A DNA stretch of 64,000 nt, from assembly GCA_944380265.1 (NCBI GenBank), contig CALWGY010000007.1, positions 230-64,229 on the forward strand. Direction: 5' to 3'. Shown here piece by piece: positions 47,443-58,488 of the stretch. Made by a program: the position numbers and the translations under genes. The notes beneath the pieces were generated by a model. It did not search any database. It saw only the letters and a list, made by a program, of their open reading frames with translations, and was not told the origin of the DNA. The first letter of the stretch is position 1; each line of letters opens with the position of its first letter. The DNA is from an uncultured Clostridia bacterium. GTDB taxonomy: Bacteria; Bacillota; Clostridia; Christensenellales; UBA1242.

Positions 47443-48096
47443 TTGTCTAATTTTATTTATAATAACAAATTAATAGATGGAAAAATTGGAATACAAGAAT
47501 TAATGGTTAAATTCCTTGAAAATAAATTTGGAAATGTTTCAAAAATAATTTCCGAAGCAGAATTTTTTGAAGCGTTAAAAACAGCAAACTTCACACATAG
47601 CCTTGATAATGCCATTTTAGTTTTAAAACAATATGGCATTAATTTGCAAAACGAAACAACACTTGAAGCAATTAAACAATATTTGGTTAAGTGCTTAGAA
47701 AAATCAATTTTGGTTGCAAACAAACAAGTTAAGGAAAGCAAAATTAACAACGCAAGTTATTATCGTGAAGCACAAGCAATAAACCAAAAAGGCATAATTG
47801 AAGGTGCAGTTAATTTGCGAAGTTTGTTTGGCAGTTTTGACTATTTGGTTAACTACTTAACTAATGCAGTTTTAAGTGCAGAACTAATTTACACTGCCGA
47901 AAACAACGCTATTAAAACCTTACGAACAAAAAATCAAAGTTTGGAAAACGAAACTTTGCAGGCTGTTGACACATATGTTAAAGTTAACCTAAACTTGGGC
48001 AACATTTTAACCACATCAAACCCAAAAGAAATTGAAGCTTTACTTAAAAACTACAACAATCAAAGAAGTACTATTCAAACAACAAAAAAACCTTGA
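47443..48096 (+). CDS. Hypothetical protein
   Basis: TTG start after AGGAG; promoter upstream. Confidence 0.7.
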   Translation: MSNFIYNNKLIDGKIGIQELMVKFLENKFGNVSKIISEAEFFEALKTANFTHSLDNAILVLKQYGINLQNETTLEAIKQYLVKCLEKSILVANKQVKESKINNASYYREAQAINQKGIIEGAVNLRSLFGSFDYLVNYLTNAVLSAELIYTAENNAIKTLRTKNQSLENETLQAVDTYVKVNLNLGNILTTSNPKEIEALLKNYNNQRSTIQTTKKP

Positions 48097-48115
48097 AAAT
48101 TTCAAGGTTTTTTTT
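48084..48115. terminator. Bidirectional terminator ending rplM-rpsI
   Basis: AAAAAAACCTTGAAA-A-TTTCAAGGTTTTTTTT. Confidence 0.85.
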
Positions 48116-48118
48116 AAA

Positions 48119-48541
48119 TTAACGTTTGCTATATTGTGGTGCTTTTCTAGCCTTTTTAAGACCAGGTTTTTTACGTTCTTTAACTCTTGCATCACGTGTT
48201 AAGAAGCCTGCTTTTTTAATTTGTTCTTTCAAATTTTCTTCCGCTTTAACAAGTGCACGAGCAATTGCTTGTCTAATTGCACCAGCTTGTCCGCTAAGTC
48301 CGCCACCATGAACATTAACTAAAATGTCATATTTTTGAGCTGTGTTTGTTAATTCAAGTGGTTGGTTAACAATAAGTTTTAAAGTTCCCAAACCAAAGTA
48401 TTCATCAATGGATTTTTTGTTAATTGTTATAATACCATTTCCATTTGGAACAAGTCTAACTCTGGCAATTGATTGTTTACGACGACCAGTTGCAGAAAAT
48501 TCAACTCTTTTGTTTGCAGGTATCGATTTTTTTGCTGCCAT
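48119..48541 (-). CDS. rpsI: 30S ribosomal protein S9
   Basis: [37 protein letters not shown]. Confidence 0.99.
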   Translation of the reverse strand: MAAKKSIPANKRVEFSATGRRKQSIARVRLVPNGNGIITINKKSIDEYFGLGTLKLIVNQPLELTNTAQKYDILVNVHGGGLSGQAGAIRQAIARALVKAEENLKEQIKKAGFLTRDARVKERKKPGLKKARKAPQYSKR

Positions 48542-48984
48542 TATTTAACTCCTCCTACTAATTTATATGGTTTTGGTTGTTGTGCAGTGTGTGGGTGTTC
48601 TGCTCCTTTGTAAACTTTAAGTTTTCTAAACATTTGTTTACCCAAACTATTTTTTGGTAGCATTCCCTTAACTGCCTTTTCTAAAACAAAATCACTTTTG
48701 TCTTTCATTAAATCTTTGTATGCTGTCTTTTTAAGACCACCAGGATATCCTGAATGACGATAGTAGAATTTATCTGTCATTTTGTTTCCTGTTAAAATCA
48801 TTTTATCTGTGTTAATTACAACAACATAATCTCCTGCATCACAATGAGGGGTGTAAGTTGGTTTGTGTTTTCCACGAAGAATGCTTGCAACTTGGCTTGC
48901 AACTCTGCCTAATGGCATGTCAGCAGCATCAACTAGTAACCACTCGCTGTTTACAGTTTGTGCATTTGCCATAACTGTTTTCAT
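48541..48984 (-). CDS. rplM: 50S ribosomal protein L13
   Basis: [36 protein letters not shown]. Confidence 0.99.
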   Translation of the reverse strand: MKTVMANAQTVNSEWLLVDAADMPLGRVASQVASILRGKHKPTYTPHCDAGDYVVVINTDKMILTGNKMTDKFYYRHSGYPGGLKKTAYKDLMKDKSDFVLEKAVKGMLPKNSLGKQMFRKLKVYKGAEHPHTAQQPKPYKLVGGVK

Positions 48985-48994
48985 ATATTCAAAT

Positions 48995-49126
48995 CTCCTA
49001 AAAATTTTTATTTATTAAAATGTTTTAATTTATTAGTTACAACATTCTTTGTGGGGCTAGTACAAAAAAAAGTGCAACCTTTAAATATTGCAAGTTAAGT
49101 ATAAATAAAAAATCAAAACTTGTCAA
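48995..49126 (-). promoter_or_regulatory. rplM promoter and ~100-nt leader (candidate L13 leader)
   Basis: TTGACA-17-TATACT at 49126-49098; the leader has hairpin potential and a GCCCC element typical of Bacillota L13 leaders. Confidence 0.55.
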
Positions 49127-49167
49127 GGTTATTTAGCACTTTTTTAGTTAAATAATCATTAAATTTA

Positions 49168-49809
49168 TTACATTATTTTTTTATTATTTAATTCATTAAC
49201 ATGTTGCATTATTCTATATCTTTCAACAATAGCTTGTGCCGTGCGATTTACTTTCCACCAAGACACACTATTATTTAAACTTTGTGTTGTTTCCAAAGCT
49301 TGCAGATCAAAAATGTCGGAAATAAATGAATACTTTGCTAATTTTTTATATTGATTTGTTTTTAAAAACAAACTTTTATTCAATGTTTCATTTTCAGCAA
49401 ACTTTGTTGCATAGTTTGGAAATTCCAAATTTATTACATGGTTAAAAGGTTTTAATAGTTCAGCAATTTTTTGTTTATCAGATTCATTAAAATAATGTGC
49501 TTGACTTGCACCAAAATCAATAATTGCAGGCATAGAAAGTTTTGTTAAAATTTCTTCCACCATTTTAATTTCAAACTGTTTTTGATACATTAGCCACAAT
49601 TTTTGATCTTTTTTAAGTAAATCATCTGACAACTTTTTATCAAATCCATATTTTGGATAATAAACACTTCTTAAATCATCTAAATTTAACTGTGTTAACC
49701 CTAATATGTTTGAAAGAGTTGCCGAAAGCAAACTTTTACCAACACCAATTGGTCCAATTAAAATAATTGAATTTTCATAAACATAATTTTTGTTTTCCAT
49801 ACAAAACAT
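49168..49809 (-). CDS. Shikimate-kinase-like P-loop kinase
   Basis: IILIGPIGVGKS, LDD, IIDFGA. Confidence 0.65.
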   Translation of the reverse strand: MFCMENKNYVYENSIILIGPIGVGKSLLSATLSNILGLTQLNLDDLRSVYYPKYGFDKKLSDDLLKKDQKLWLMYQKQFEIKMVEEILTKLSMPAIIDFGASQAHYFNESDKQKIAELLKPFNHVINLEFPNYATKFAENETLNKSLFLKTNQYKKLAKYSFISDIFDLQALETTQSLNNSVSWWKVNRTAQAIVERYRIMQHVNELNNKKIM

Positions 49810-49870
49810 TTTAACATATTAATTAAAAATGTCAATATATGCATATTTGCTTAGTTTTGTTCAATATCCG

Positions 49871-51703
49871 TTAAACATCAATGTTGTTTTTTCTTCTAAA
49901 ATCAGCACGTCCACGTTGTGTGTGATCCAAAATAATTTTTCTAATTCTTAAACTTTGTGGAGTAACTTCCAAAAGTTCATCATCGTTTAAAAATTCCAAA
50001 CATTCTTCAAGTGTTAGTGGCTTAACAGGTTCAAGCCTTAATGCTTCATCGCTTGCACAACTACGCATGTTTGAAAGTTGTTTTCTTTTGCAAACATTAA
50101 CAACAATGTCATCGCCCTTTGGGTTCATTCCAACAACCATTCCCTGATAAACTTTTGTTCCTGGTGTTATTAATAGTTTTCCACGTTCTTGTGAATTATA
50201 TAGTCCATACTGAACGGCTTCGCCTGTTTCATAAGCAATTAACGCACCAAAATTACGTCTGTCAATGTGACCCTTATATGGTGCATATTCTTCAAAAATT
50301 GAACTCATAACACCTTCACCCTTTGTGTCGGTTAAAAACTGGCTTTTATATCCAAACAAACCACGTGATGGAATTAAAAATTCCAACCTTGAACGAGTTC
50401 CAACATTTGTAAGTGACACAAGTTCACCTTTTCTTTCACCCATTGCAACCATAATGTTTCCAACACAAGTTTCAGGAACATCAATAACCAATCTGTCAAT
50501 TGGCTCACACTTAACACCATCAATTTCCTTAATTAAAACTTTTGGCATGCTAACCTGAAATTCATAGCCATCTCTGCGCATGTTTTCAATTAAAATTGAA
50601 ATGTGCATTTCTCCCCTGCCAAGCACTCTAAAACTGTCGGCACTGTCGGTGTCAAAAACTTTTAAACTTAGGTCCTTAACTGCTTCTTTATATAACCTAT
50701 CTCTTAAATGCCTGCTTGTGCAATATTTTCCTTCTTTTCCAGCAAATGGGCTGTTGTTAACACTAAATGTCATTTCCACGCTTGGTTCGCTAATTTTAAC
50801 AAACGGAATTGCTTCAATTTTTTCTTTTGCACAAACTGTGTCGCCAATTGTAACATCGGTGCTGCCTGCCAAACAAACAATGTCGCCAGCAGATGCTTCT
50901 GGATGTGGAACTTGTTTTAACCCTTCATACAAAAACAAATTACTAATTTTAAATTGATGACTTAAATTTGGGTCGTGATAATTTGTTACTGCAACTGTTT
51001 GCCCAACCTTAATTGTTCCACGTTCAATTTTTCCAACTGCAAGTTTTCCCAAATAATCGTTTTGTTCGGTGGAACTAACAAGCATTTGAAAAGGTTCATT
51101 TTTATCGCCAGTTGGTGCAGGAATATAATCAATAATTTTTTGAAGTAATGGCTTAAAATCAACCGGTTTTTCGTTAAAATCAAGTGTTGCAACCCCTTCG
51201 CGTGCAGATGCATAAACAAATGGGCTGTTAAGTTGTTCCTCTGTTGCATCAAGTTCCAAAAATAGTTCAAGCACTTCATCAACAACTTCCTTAACTCGTT
51301 GGTCTTTTCTGTCAATTTTGTTAATAACAACAATAACTTTGTGGTTAAGTTCTAGTGCCTTTTTAAGCACAAATCTGGTTTGTGGCATTGGTCCTTCAAA
51401 ACTGTCAACAACCAAAAGAACTCCATCAACCATTTTTAACACCCTTTCAACTTCGCCACCAAAATCGGCATGTCCTGGGGTGTCAACAACATTAATTTTA
51501 ACACCATTATACATAAGTGCTGCGTTTTTGCTAAAAATGGTTATTCCACGTTCACGCTCTAACGCATTACTATCCATAACACGGTCAACAACTTGTTGAT
51601 TTTCTCTAAACACGCCACCTTGTTTTAGCATTTCGTTTACCAAACTTGTTTTGCCATGGTCAACGTGTGCAATAATTGCTACATTTCTAATATTAACACT
51701 CAT
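49871..51703 (-). CDS. typA: Translational GTPase TypA/BipA
   Basis: [39 protein letters not shown]. Confidence 0.98.
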   Translation of the reverse strand: MSVNIRNVAIIAHVDHGKTSLVNEMLKQGGVFRENQQVVDRVMDSNALERERGITIFSKNAALMYNGVKINVVDTPGHADFGGEVERVLKMVDGVLLVVDSFEGPMPQTRFVLKKALELNHKVIVVINKIDRKDQRVKEVVDEVLELFLELDATEEQLNSPFVYASAREGVATLDFNEKPVDFKPLLQKIIDYIPAPTGDKNEPFQMLVSSTEQNDYLGKLAVGKIERGTIKVGQTVAVTNYHDPNLSHQFKISNLFLYEGLKQVPHPEASAGDIVCLAGSTDVTIGDTVCAKEKIEAIPFVKISEPSVEMTFSVNNSPFAGKEGKYCTSRHLRDRLYKEAVKDLSLKVFDTDSADSFRVLGRGEMHISILIENMRRDGYEFQVSMPKVLIKEIDGVKCEPIDRLVIDVPETCVGNIMVAMGERKGELVSLTNVGTRSRLEFLIPSRGLFGYKSQFLTDTKGEGVMSSIFEEYAPYKGHIDRRNFGALIAYETGEAVQYGLYNSQERGKLLITPGTKVYQGMVVGMNPKGDDIVVNVCKRKQLSNMRSCASDEALRLEPVKPLTLEECLEFLNDDELLEVTPQSLRIRKIILDHTQRGRADFRRKNNIDV

Positions 51704-51893
51704 AACTTTTCTCCTTAATTAATATGCAAAACAAAAACTTGGTTTCGCATATAACAAATCTCATTAAAACGGAAATAATTTTAGCACAATCTTAAAAAAA
51801 AGAAAAGTGCTAAATAAAAAAAATATTTAAGTTATAGGCTTTGTTAACTTAAATATTTAATTTTTTACCACAACCTAAAACCCCAATCTTATT

Positions 51894-52529
51894 TTAAATT
51901 AAACTTAAAATTTGGCTTTGAACTGCGGGTTGGGTTTGTTCATTTGTTTTCTCATCGTCGGTTTGGGTGTTGTCTAACTCATCATCAGTTTGTTCAACAT
52001 ATTTTGTTATGTTTAAGTTAACCGTGAAGTTGCCTCTTAGTGGCTTTGAAAAATTTTGTTTTGAAATAACAAAAGAAACAACCTTAACTTCGTTTGGTTT
52101 AAACACAAAAGTGTTTGTTAGTTCTTGTTCAACATTATTAACATAAAAAACAAGTTTTCCGTTTTTTCCTGGTCCTTTAATTTCTAAACTTGCAACCGCA
52201 TCATAAAAGGACATATTGTTAATTTCAAATTCAATTGTTATGCTGGAATTATCACTTTTAAACAACAAATTTTTGTTTGTGAACGAATGTGTTTTTTCGT
52301 TTGTTGTTGTGTTTTCAAAAGTAAAATATGAATATGGATTGCCATTTTCAGCATTTTTAATGTTTATTGACACACTTCCCAAAACATTTGTTGCCGAAAT
52401 GTTAATAAAAGAATTTAAGTTTGGTGTGTACAAAATTATGAAATAAAACGCCAAAACAATGCCTGTCATAACAACAAGCGAAATTGAAATTATTATGGTG
52501 TTAATCCATTTTCTTGAAAGCCTTTTCAA
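51894..52529 (-). CDS. Hypothetical membrane-anchored beta-rich protein
   Basis: N-terminal TM followed by an Ig-like stretch and an acidic tail. Confidence 0.6.
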   Translation of the reverse strand: MKRLSRKWINTIIISISLVVMTGIVLAFYFIILYTPNLNSFINISATNVLGSVSINIKNAENGNPYSYFTFENTTTNEKTHSFTNKNLLFKSDNSSITIEFEINNMSFYDAVASLEIKGPGKNGKLVFYVNNVEQELTNTFVFKPNEVKVVSFVISKQNFSKPLRGNFTVNLNITKYVEQTDDELDNTQTDDEKTNEQTQPAVQSQILSLI

Positions 52530-52629
52530 TGTTTTACCTTTTATTTTTATTATTATATTCTATTACATTTTACCATTTTAAACAAACAATTATTAATTAA
52601 AAAAACAACTTAAAAATTTTAAGTTGTTT

Positions 52630-53361
52630 TTAGTTTTCAAGTTCATAATTGTCTAAAATTTTGTTAATGTCCATAATGTCGGTTATGGTAATAATTCCTA
52701 GTGGCGGTTCTAAAAGTGTTCCTGTTTTTGTTATTAAAATACAAAGCAGTTTTCTGTTTTCAGTAAACAAATTTAAAACTTTATCTAATGTTATTTTTGC
52801 ATTAACAATTGTGTAGTAGTTTTCGTTGGAAAATTCCTTTATTGCTTCTTCAATTGTGGTGTTTTGCAAAAATTCGCAAATATCACGTTTTTCATAAATT
52901 TTTTTGCCAATAACATCAGCAATTTTTTGACCATTAGCAACACCAATTAGCATTCCATTTTTAAAAATTGGAATGGTGCTAAAACCACTTTTATAGCCAT
53001 ATTCCAAAACATCTTTTAACTTAACATCATATTCAATTGTGCTAACAACTTTGTTACAAACAGTGTTTATGGCAAGTGGTGGTGTGCAAATTAACTTTGC
53101 AATTCTTTCATATTCTTCAACAACATCATCGTGTGGTTCAGCAATAACTAAGTCTGGATTACTGTTGTGAACAATTGCATTTCTTAACCTTCCAAAATCT
53201 ATTAATTGGTCCTCATATTTTGCAACAAGCGAATTTGTTCTTGCTGCTTTTCTAATTGCTTCGGTGTAACTTATGCTACGCTTCATGTCCCCTTGAATTC
53301 TAAGAGCCGAATCAATTTGATTATATGCTTTAATAAAACGTCTTGAATTTCCTGTGTCCAT
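52630..53361 (-). CDS. CBS-domain protein
   Basis: LRNAIVH, IAEP N-domain; CBS pair (GFSTIPI...LIG; PLGIITITDI). Confidence 0.85.
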   Translation of the reverse strand: MDTGNSRRFIKAYNQIDSALRIQGDMKRSISYTEAIRKAARTNSLVAKYEDQLIDFGRLRNAIVHNSNPDLVIAEPHDDVVEEYERIAKLICTPPLAINTVCNKVVSTIEYDVKLKDVLEYGYKSGFSTIPIFKNGMLIGVANGQKIADVIGKKIYEKRDICEFLQNTTIEEAIKEFSNENYYTIVNAKITLDKVLNLFTENRKLLCILITKTGTLLEPPLGIITITDIMDINKILDNYELEN

Positions 53362-53529
53362 TTAACCTTTTTCCTTATATTAACTTTACTTAATTAGTTT
53401 ATCACAATATTAAATTTTAACAAAACAAAATTGTCTAATAACAAAACTTTAAAAAATTGTGTGTTTACTAAGCAATTTGTTAATTTTTATTTATTTTATG
53501 TTTTTTTAATTAAATTTGAAAATAAAAAA

Positions 53530-53797
53530 ACCGCACGGCTATAATTGGAAACACTTGTATTATGCCTTAAAAGTAACCAAATCTCCTTTAAAGCTTCCTT
53601 ATGGCACATATTTTAATCTACTTAATGCTGCTGCCTTCCGGCCCTGACATGATTCACAGCAAAATATTGCATAAGACCTTAAAATCAACAATTCAATTAA
53701 ATTTAATAACATAAACAGTTATTCCCGCATATAGTTTGTCGGCCCCACATATAGCGTTTGGGTTTAGAGTGCCGCTAAAACTCTGCCTAAGTGCGGT
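53530..53797 (-). ncRNA. ffs: Signal recognition particle RNA, large bacterial type with Alu domain
   Basis: Minus strand has the S-domain GUGAAUCAUGUCAGGGCCGGAAGGCAGCAGC. The 5' ACCGCAC pairs with 3' GUGCGGU before a U-tract; the 5' end is Alu-like (UAGCGGCAC); 268 nt. Confidence 0.95.
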
Positions 53798-53856
53798 ATA
53801 TATAATATATCACATCTAAAACTAAATTGCAAGTTAACATATTTAAAATTTGTCGA

Positions 53857-54447
53857 TTAATCAATATTATTGGAGTTTTTAAATTTTTCTTTTAGCATTG
53901 CAACCATTTTTGCAGGCATTGCATCAATAACACGCGTTCTAAGTTCCACCAAATTATATTCTTCTGATAACTGATATTTTAAAAGTGGAATGTTAACAGC
54001 ACTAAGTGCTTTAACAACATTTGGATGCAAAACTTTCATTTGTTGCTCAACTGGATTTGGCTCAAACAAATCAATTGCAAGCACTGGTTGCATTGTGTCC
54101 TTCAAAAACACACAAACATCAACATATTGGCTTAAAATGGTGTTGTAAAGCACCTTATCGTTTTTTGGTTGAACCAAGTTATCGACCCCCACTCTTGGAA
54201 AAGCAATGAATTCAGCAGGCAAAATTTTGTACAAATCTTTTAAAAACTGCATTTCATTTTTTTTCGTAAAACATGGTTTTAATTCAACATTAACAACCTT
54301 TGGTTCATCTTTTGTAACTAATCCACGATCTTTGCCATATGTGCGTTTTAAACCCCAAATAATTAGCCCCGCCACAACAAAAATCATAACAATAATAATT
54401 ATTGGAATTAAAACATCTTTAAGTTCGCTACTTAACAATAAACTCAT
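53857..54447 (-). CDS. DUF2726-domain protein with an N-terminal TM helix
   Basis: E..F...L, FPRV, YVDVCV, PVLAIDL, NIPLL. Confidence 0.7.
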   Translation of the reverse strand: MSLLLSSELKDVLIPIIIIVMIFVVAGLIIWGLKRTYGKDRGLVTKDEPKVVNVELKPCFTKKNEMQFLKDLYKILPAEFIAFPRVGVDNLVQPKNDKVLYNTILSQYVDVCVFLKDTMQPVLAIDLFEPNPVEQQMKVLHPNVVKALSAVNIPLLKYQLSEEYNLVELRTRVIDAMPAKMVAMLKEKFKNSNNID

Positions 54448-54559
54448 AAAACTTTATCCCCTTATGTGTTTAGTTTAGCATACAAAACCTGGTTTGTAAA
54501 TACCACAAAAATTAACACAAACAAAAACAGTTTTCAGTTTTAATTTGCTTATTTTTTAA

Positions 54560-55237
54560 CTATCTGTTTTCAATTTGCCAATCAATTGGTTTTTCGCCCA
54601 AACTTTCCAAAATTTCATTCGTTTTTTTAAAGCAACCATTTCCAAACCAACCACCTTGGTTTGCACTCATTGGGCTTGGATGTGAAGCTGTTAAAACATA
54701 GTGATGTGATGTGTTAATGTTTTTTCCAATTGCTTTTGCGTTTGCTCCCCACAACAAAAACACAACAGGTTTTTCACGTTTGTTTAACATTTCAATTATT
54801 GCGGTGGTAATTTGTTCCCACCCTTTTCCTTTGTGGCTGTTTGGTTTTCCTGCTTCAACAGTTAAAACACTGTTTAACATCAAAACCCCTTGTTTTGCCC
54901 ATTTTGTTAAATTTCCGTTGTTTGGAATGTAACACCCAAGTTCAGCATTAATTTCCTTAAAAATGTTTTGCAAACTTGGTGGAATGGCAACATTTCCTTC
55001 CACAGAAAACGAAAGCCCATGTGCTTGATTTGGCCCATGATATGGGTCTTGCCCAATAATTACAACTTTAACATCATCAAACTTAACATTATTAATTGCA
55101 TTAAAAACATTTTCTGGCTTTGGATAAATTGTTTTGGTTTTATATTCCTTATTTAGCCACGAACACAAATTTTTAAAATTTTCACTTTCTAACTTATCTT
55201 TTAAAAGTTCATACCAACTTTTTGAAATAACAAACAT
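54560..55237 (-). CDS. ung: Uracil-DNA glycosylase
   Basis: GQDPYH, AHGLSFS, IPPSLQNI, SHPSPMS. Confidence 0.98.
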   Translation of the reverse strand: MFVISKSWYELLKDKLESENFKNLCSWLNKEYKTKTIYPKPENVFNAINNVKFDDVKVVIIGQDPYHGPNQAHGLSFSVEGNVAIPPSLQNIFKEINAELGCYIPNNGNLTKWAKQGVLMLNSVLTVEAGKPNSHKGKGWEQITTAIIEMLNKREKPVVFLLWGANAKAIGKNINTSHHYVLTASHPSPMSANQGGWFGNGCFKKTNEILESLGEKPIDWQIENR

Positions 55238-55383
55238 AACTTTTCACCTAAAACTTATTTTAATCATTTTAGCATGTTAACAACTTTAAAACAAATTATT
55301 GGTTAAAATATACTAAATAGTTTGTTACATATTGAAAATTTTGTTTTTAAATGCTAAAATTTTAATAATCAAAGGGAGTTTTT

Positions 55384-56949
55384 ATGGGAAAAAATATTAG
55401 AATGAATAAAAATCTAAATTTTAATGGCGCAAAATGTAATGGCTCGCTAAAATCAAAATTTCCAATTAAAAAAGTTGTTGACCCAGAACATTCACAATAT
55501 ATTAAAGTTGCATTAGAAACAAGTAAAATTTTAAACTTGCGAAGACAAGCTGCAATGAACAATATTTCTCAACTTAAAAAATATGCTAGTGCAGCAAGAG
55601 ATTATGCTAAATATGCTTTACGTGAACGTTTAGAAGAAAAACAAAGTAAAACTGGAGTAACATATCCAACACCACAAACATTTTTGAATTATGAAATTGC
55701 ACCTTCCAAATTAACAAAATCTGGCGATATTGCCACCCCAATTATTAAAAGTTCACTTGAAACATTAGCCGAAACATTTAATGTGGAAGACTCCATTCCA
55801 ATAATGGCAGGAAACACTTTAATAAAACAGCTTATTAATGCTCCAAAAACAATTGTTGGCGAAATGGCTTTTAACGCAGTTGGAAAACATGACCGACCAT
55901 GTTTTGTTATTAGAAAACTTTTAACTTGCAAAATCAACAACTTAACATATTTATTGCTTGCCGATGAAAAATACTATCAAAACTCCCCAACTGTTGCATA
56001 TCCCCTAACTTTAATTGCTTGTGGTGAAACAAGTTGTGCTTGTCAACTTTCCAGAATTGATAGTATTGGTCATTTGGGAGCCGACATAGCAAAAAATTTG
56101 GAAATTGATGATCAAGTTTCAATAGAAATTCCTGATTATTTACTTGAAAAATTTGAATCTTCACATCACAACGCAGTTCCATCAAATGGTAAAAAAAGTG
56201 GCACAGCAAAAAAAACACATGTTAGAAAAATTGCAGGAACACACCACATTCATGAACGCGATGACAATTTTGAACTATTATATGCTCTTTCACACATGGC
56301 AAAAACCACAATTTATAGATGTGAACCTCAAAAATTTTTAAAGTTTAATGCAAAAGAAATCAGAGCCGCAGACTTTTATGTGGAAGGACTAGATTCAGCA
56401 AAAAATAATTATTTAGAAACATTAAAATTAATATCCGCTGCCACAACACTTGAACAAACCGATGCATTACACAACTCTGGCGTTATTTCAACTGCACTTT
56501 TACAAGAATATTTTGCAAAAAAATATAATATAACAAATTTTCAACCAAACCCACAACTTGCCCAGTTTTTAGATGAGCTTAGAACATTTAAGCCAGACCG
56601 ACAAATTAAATTTTTTGACGCATATTCACTTGTTGGTGAAAGACCATATATGTTAATTCCTACCCCACAAAACAACAAACTTGAACAAGGCGTTAAAAAA
56701 ATGGAAGGAAAGCTTTGCGACTATGACTATGCAAAAGAAAAACACCCAGAAATTGTTGAAGAATATAGAAAATATAAACAAGCAAAACAAGCACAATCTG
56801 AAAACTCACAAACAAGTGTAACACCAGAAAATGCAGATAATAATGAAGAACAACAAGCACCTGTTCAAGAACAATCAAATTTAACTTCAACAAACCCAAA
56901 TGAACAAATAAATTCGCAATCAAAAAACAATGGTGGAAAAAGCCAATAA
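55384..56949 (+). CDS. Hypothetical protein with a His-rich central motif
   Basis: 521-codon ORF with AAGGGAG RBS and terminator; Q/N-rich disordered tail. Confidence 0.75.
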   Translation: MGKNIRMNKNLNFNGAKCNGSLKSKFPIKKVVDPEHSQYIKVALETSKILNLRRQAAMNNISQLKKYASAARDYAKYALRERLEEKQSKTGVTYPTPQTFLNYEIAPSKLTKSGDIATPIIKSSLETLAETFNVEDSIPIMAGNTLIKQLINAPKTIVGEMAFNAVGKHDRPCFVIRKLLTCKINNLTYLLLADEKYYQNSPTVAYPLTLIACGETSCACQLSRIDSIGHLGADIAKNLEIDDQVSIEIPDYLLEKFESSHHNAVPSNGKKSGTAKKTHVRKIAGTHHIHERDDNFELLYALSHMAKTTIYRCEPQKFLKFNAKEIRAADFYVEGLDSAKNNYLETLKLISAATTLEQTDALHNSGVISTALLQEYFAKKYNITNFQPNPQLAQFLDELRTFKPDRQIKFFDAYSLVGERPYMLIPTPQNNKLEQGVKKMEGKLCDYDYAKEKHPEIVEEYRKYKQAKQAQSENSQTSVTPENADNNEEQQAPVQEQSNLTSTNPNEQINSQSKNNGGKSQ

Positions 56950-56956
56950 AATATTT

Positions 56957-57000
56957 AAAAAAAAGAACTTGAAATTTAATTTTTTCAAGTTCTTTTTTTT
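56957..57000. terminator. Bidirectional terminator
   Basis: AAAAAAAAGAACTTGAAA...TTTCAAGTTCTTTTTTTT. Confidence 0.85.
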
Positions 57001-57001
57001 A

Positions 57002-58324
57002 TTAAATGTTTTCTTTTAACAATTGTTCAATTTTTAAAATTGCATCATTAGTTTTAAGTTCATTTCCTTCAACCATAATCCTAATAACATTTTCTGTTCC
57101 GCTTGGTCTAACAACCACTCTAAGTTCAGGATATAATTTTTCAATTTTTTCAATTTGTTTTTTAAGTAACAAATTTTTATCAAAACTTGCTCTAACTTGC
57201 CTTGAAACATTAACATTTTTAATTGTTTGTGGAACTTTTTGCAAGTGCAACAAAAACTCGTTTAAGTCAATGTTTTCAGTTATAACAATTTTTAACAAGA
57301 ACAACGCATTTAACAATGCATCACAAGTTGTGTTTAGTGTTGAAACGCAAATGTGTCCGCTACTTTCTCCACCCAAGCAATAGTTGTTTTTTAACATTGC
57401 TTCAATAACGTTTCTATCTCCAACATCGGTTCTAATTAAATTTATGCCAAGGTTTTTAAAACTTTGTTCTGTTCCGCTGTTTGTCATAATTGTGCCAACC
57501 ACCACTCTGGAATTTAGTTTGTTGGTTTTAAGCATATAACTTGCAAGCACAAACAACAAATCATCGCCATTTAACACTCTGCCATTTTTTAGCACAACAA
57601 TCAATCTGTCAGCATCGCCATCAAAAGCAAAACCAAAATCACATTTGTGAAGTTTAACTTCTTCCTTCAACTTTTCAACATTTAATGCTCCGCAATTAAC
57701 ATTAATTTTTTCGCCATAAGCATCATTGTTAATAAGCACAACATTTGCATTCAATTTTTTTAACACATCTTCTGCAATTTTAAAACACGAACCAAATGCT
57801 GTGTCAACTGCCAAATTAACACCACTTAAATCGCATCCAACTTCCGAAACCAAAAAATTGGTGTAAGTGTTAACCAGTTCTTTTGCGTGAATTATGTTTC
57901 CTTTGTTTTTAGATGCCGCAACATTTTTATCAATGTAGGCTTCAATTTCTTGTTCTTCTAAACAAGTGAATTTGTAGCCTTTGTTGTTTATTAATTTAAT
58001 GCCATTCATGTTTGGAGCATTGTGCGAAGCCGTTATCATAACGCCTGCCCCAACATCCAATTTGCTTGCCAAATAGGAAACGCAACCAGTTGGAACAATT
58101 CCAATCATTTTTGCCGTAACACCATAGTCACAAAGACCACTTGCAAACGAATATGCAAGCATATCGCCCGAAACCCTAGTGTCTTTTCCAATTAACACAC
58201 TTAAAGTTTTTTTATGTTTTTTTAAATATATTGCCAAACTTTTTCCAACATTGTATGCAAGCAAACATGTTAAATCCTGATTAACAACTCCCCTTATTCC
58301 GTCTGTTCCAAAGTATTTAGCCAT
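57002..58324 (-). CDS. glmM: Phosphoglucosamine mutase
   Basis: KYFGTDGIRG, ITASHN, FDGDADR, GESSGH, RPSGTE. Start set to ATG 58324 behind GGGAG. Confidence 0.9.
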   Translation of the reverse strand: MAKYFGTDGIRGVVNQDLTCLLAYNVGKSLAIYLKKHKKTLSVLIGKDTRVSGDMLAYSFASGLCDYGVTAKMIGIVPTGCVSYLASKLDVGAGVMITASHNAPNMNGIKLINNKGYKFTCLEEQEIEAYIDKNVAASKNKGNIIHAKELVNTYTNFLVSEVGCDLSGVNLAVDTAFGSCFKIAEDVLKKLNANVVLINNDAYGEKINVNCGALNVEKLKEEVKLHKCDFGFAFDGDADRLIVVLKNGRVLNGDDLLFVLASYMLKTNKLNSRVVVGTIMTNSGTEQSFKNLGINLIRTDVGDRNVIEAMLKNNYCLGGESSGHICVSTLNTTCDALLNALFLLKIVITENIDLNEFLLHLQKVPQTIKNVNVSRQVRASFDKNLLLKKQIEKIEKLYPELRVVVRPSGTENVIRIMVEGNELKTNDAILKIEQLLKENI

Positions 58325-58488
58325 AAACACACTCCCAAATTTAAAATAACAATAAGTATATATGTTACACACCAATTGTTTGTTAAATTTGTTTTTTCAA
58401 CAACTAGATTTTGTTTATTAAAACTAATTAAAACACAATTAATTAAAAAATGAAACCAAACTAAACAAATTTTGGTTTCAAATTTTAA

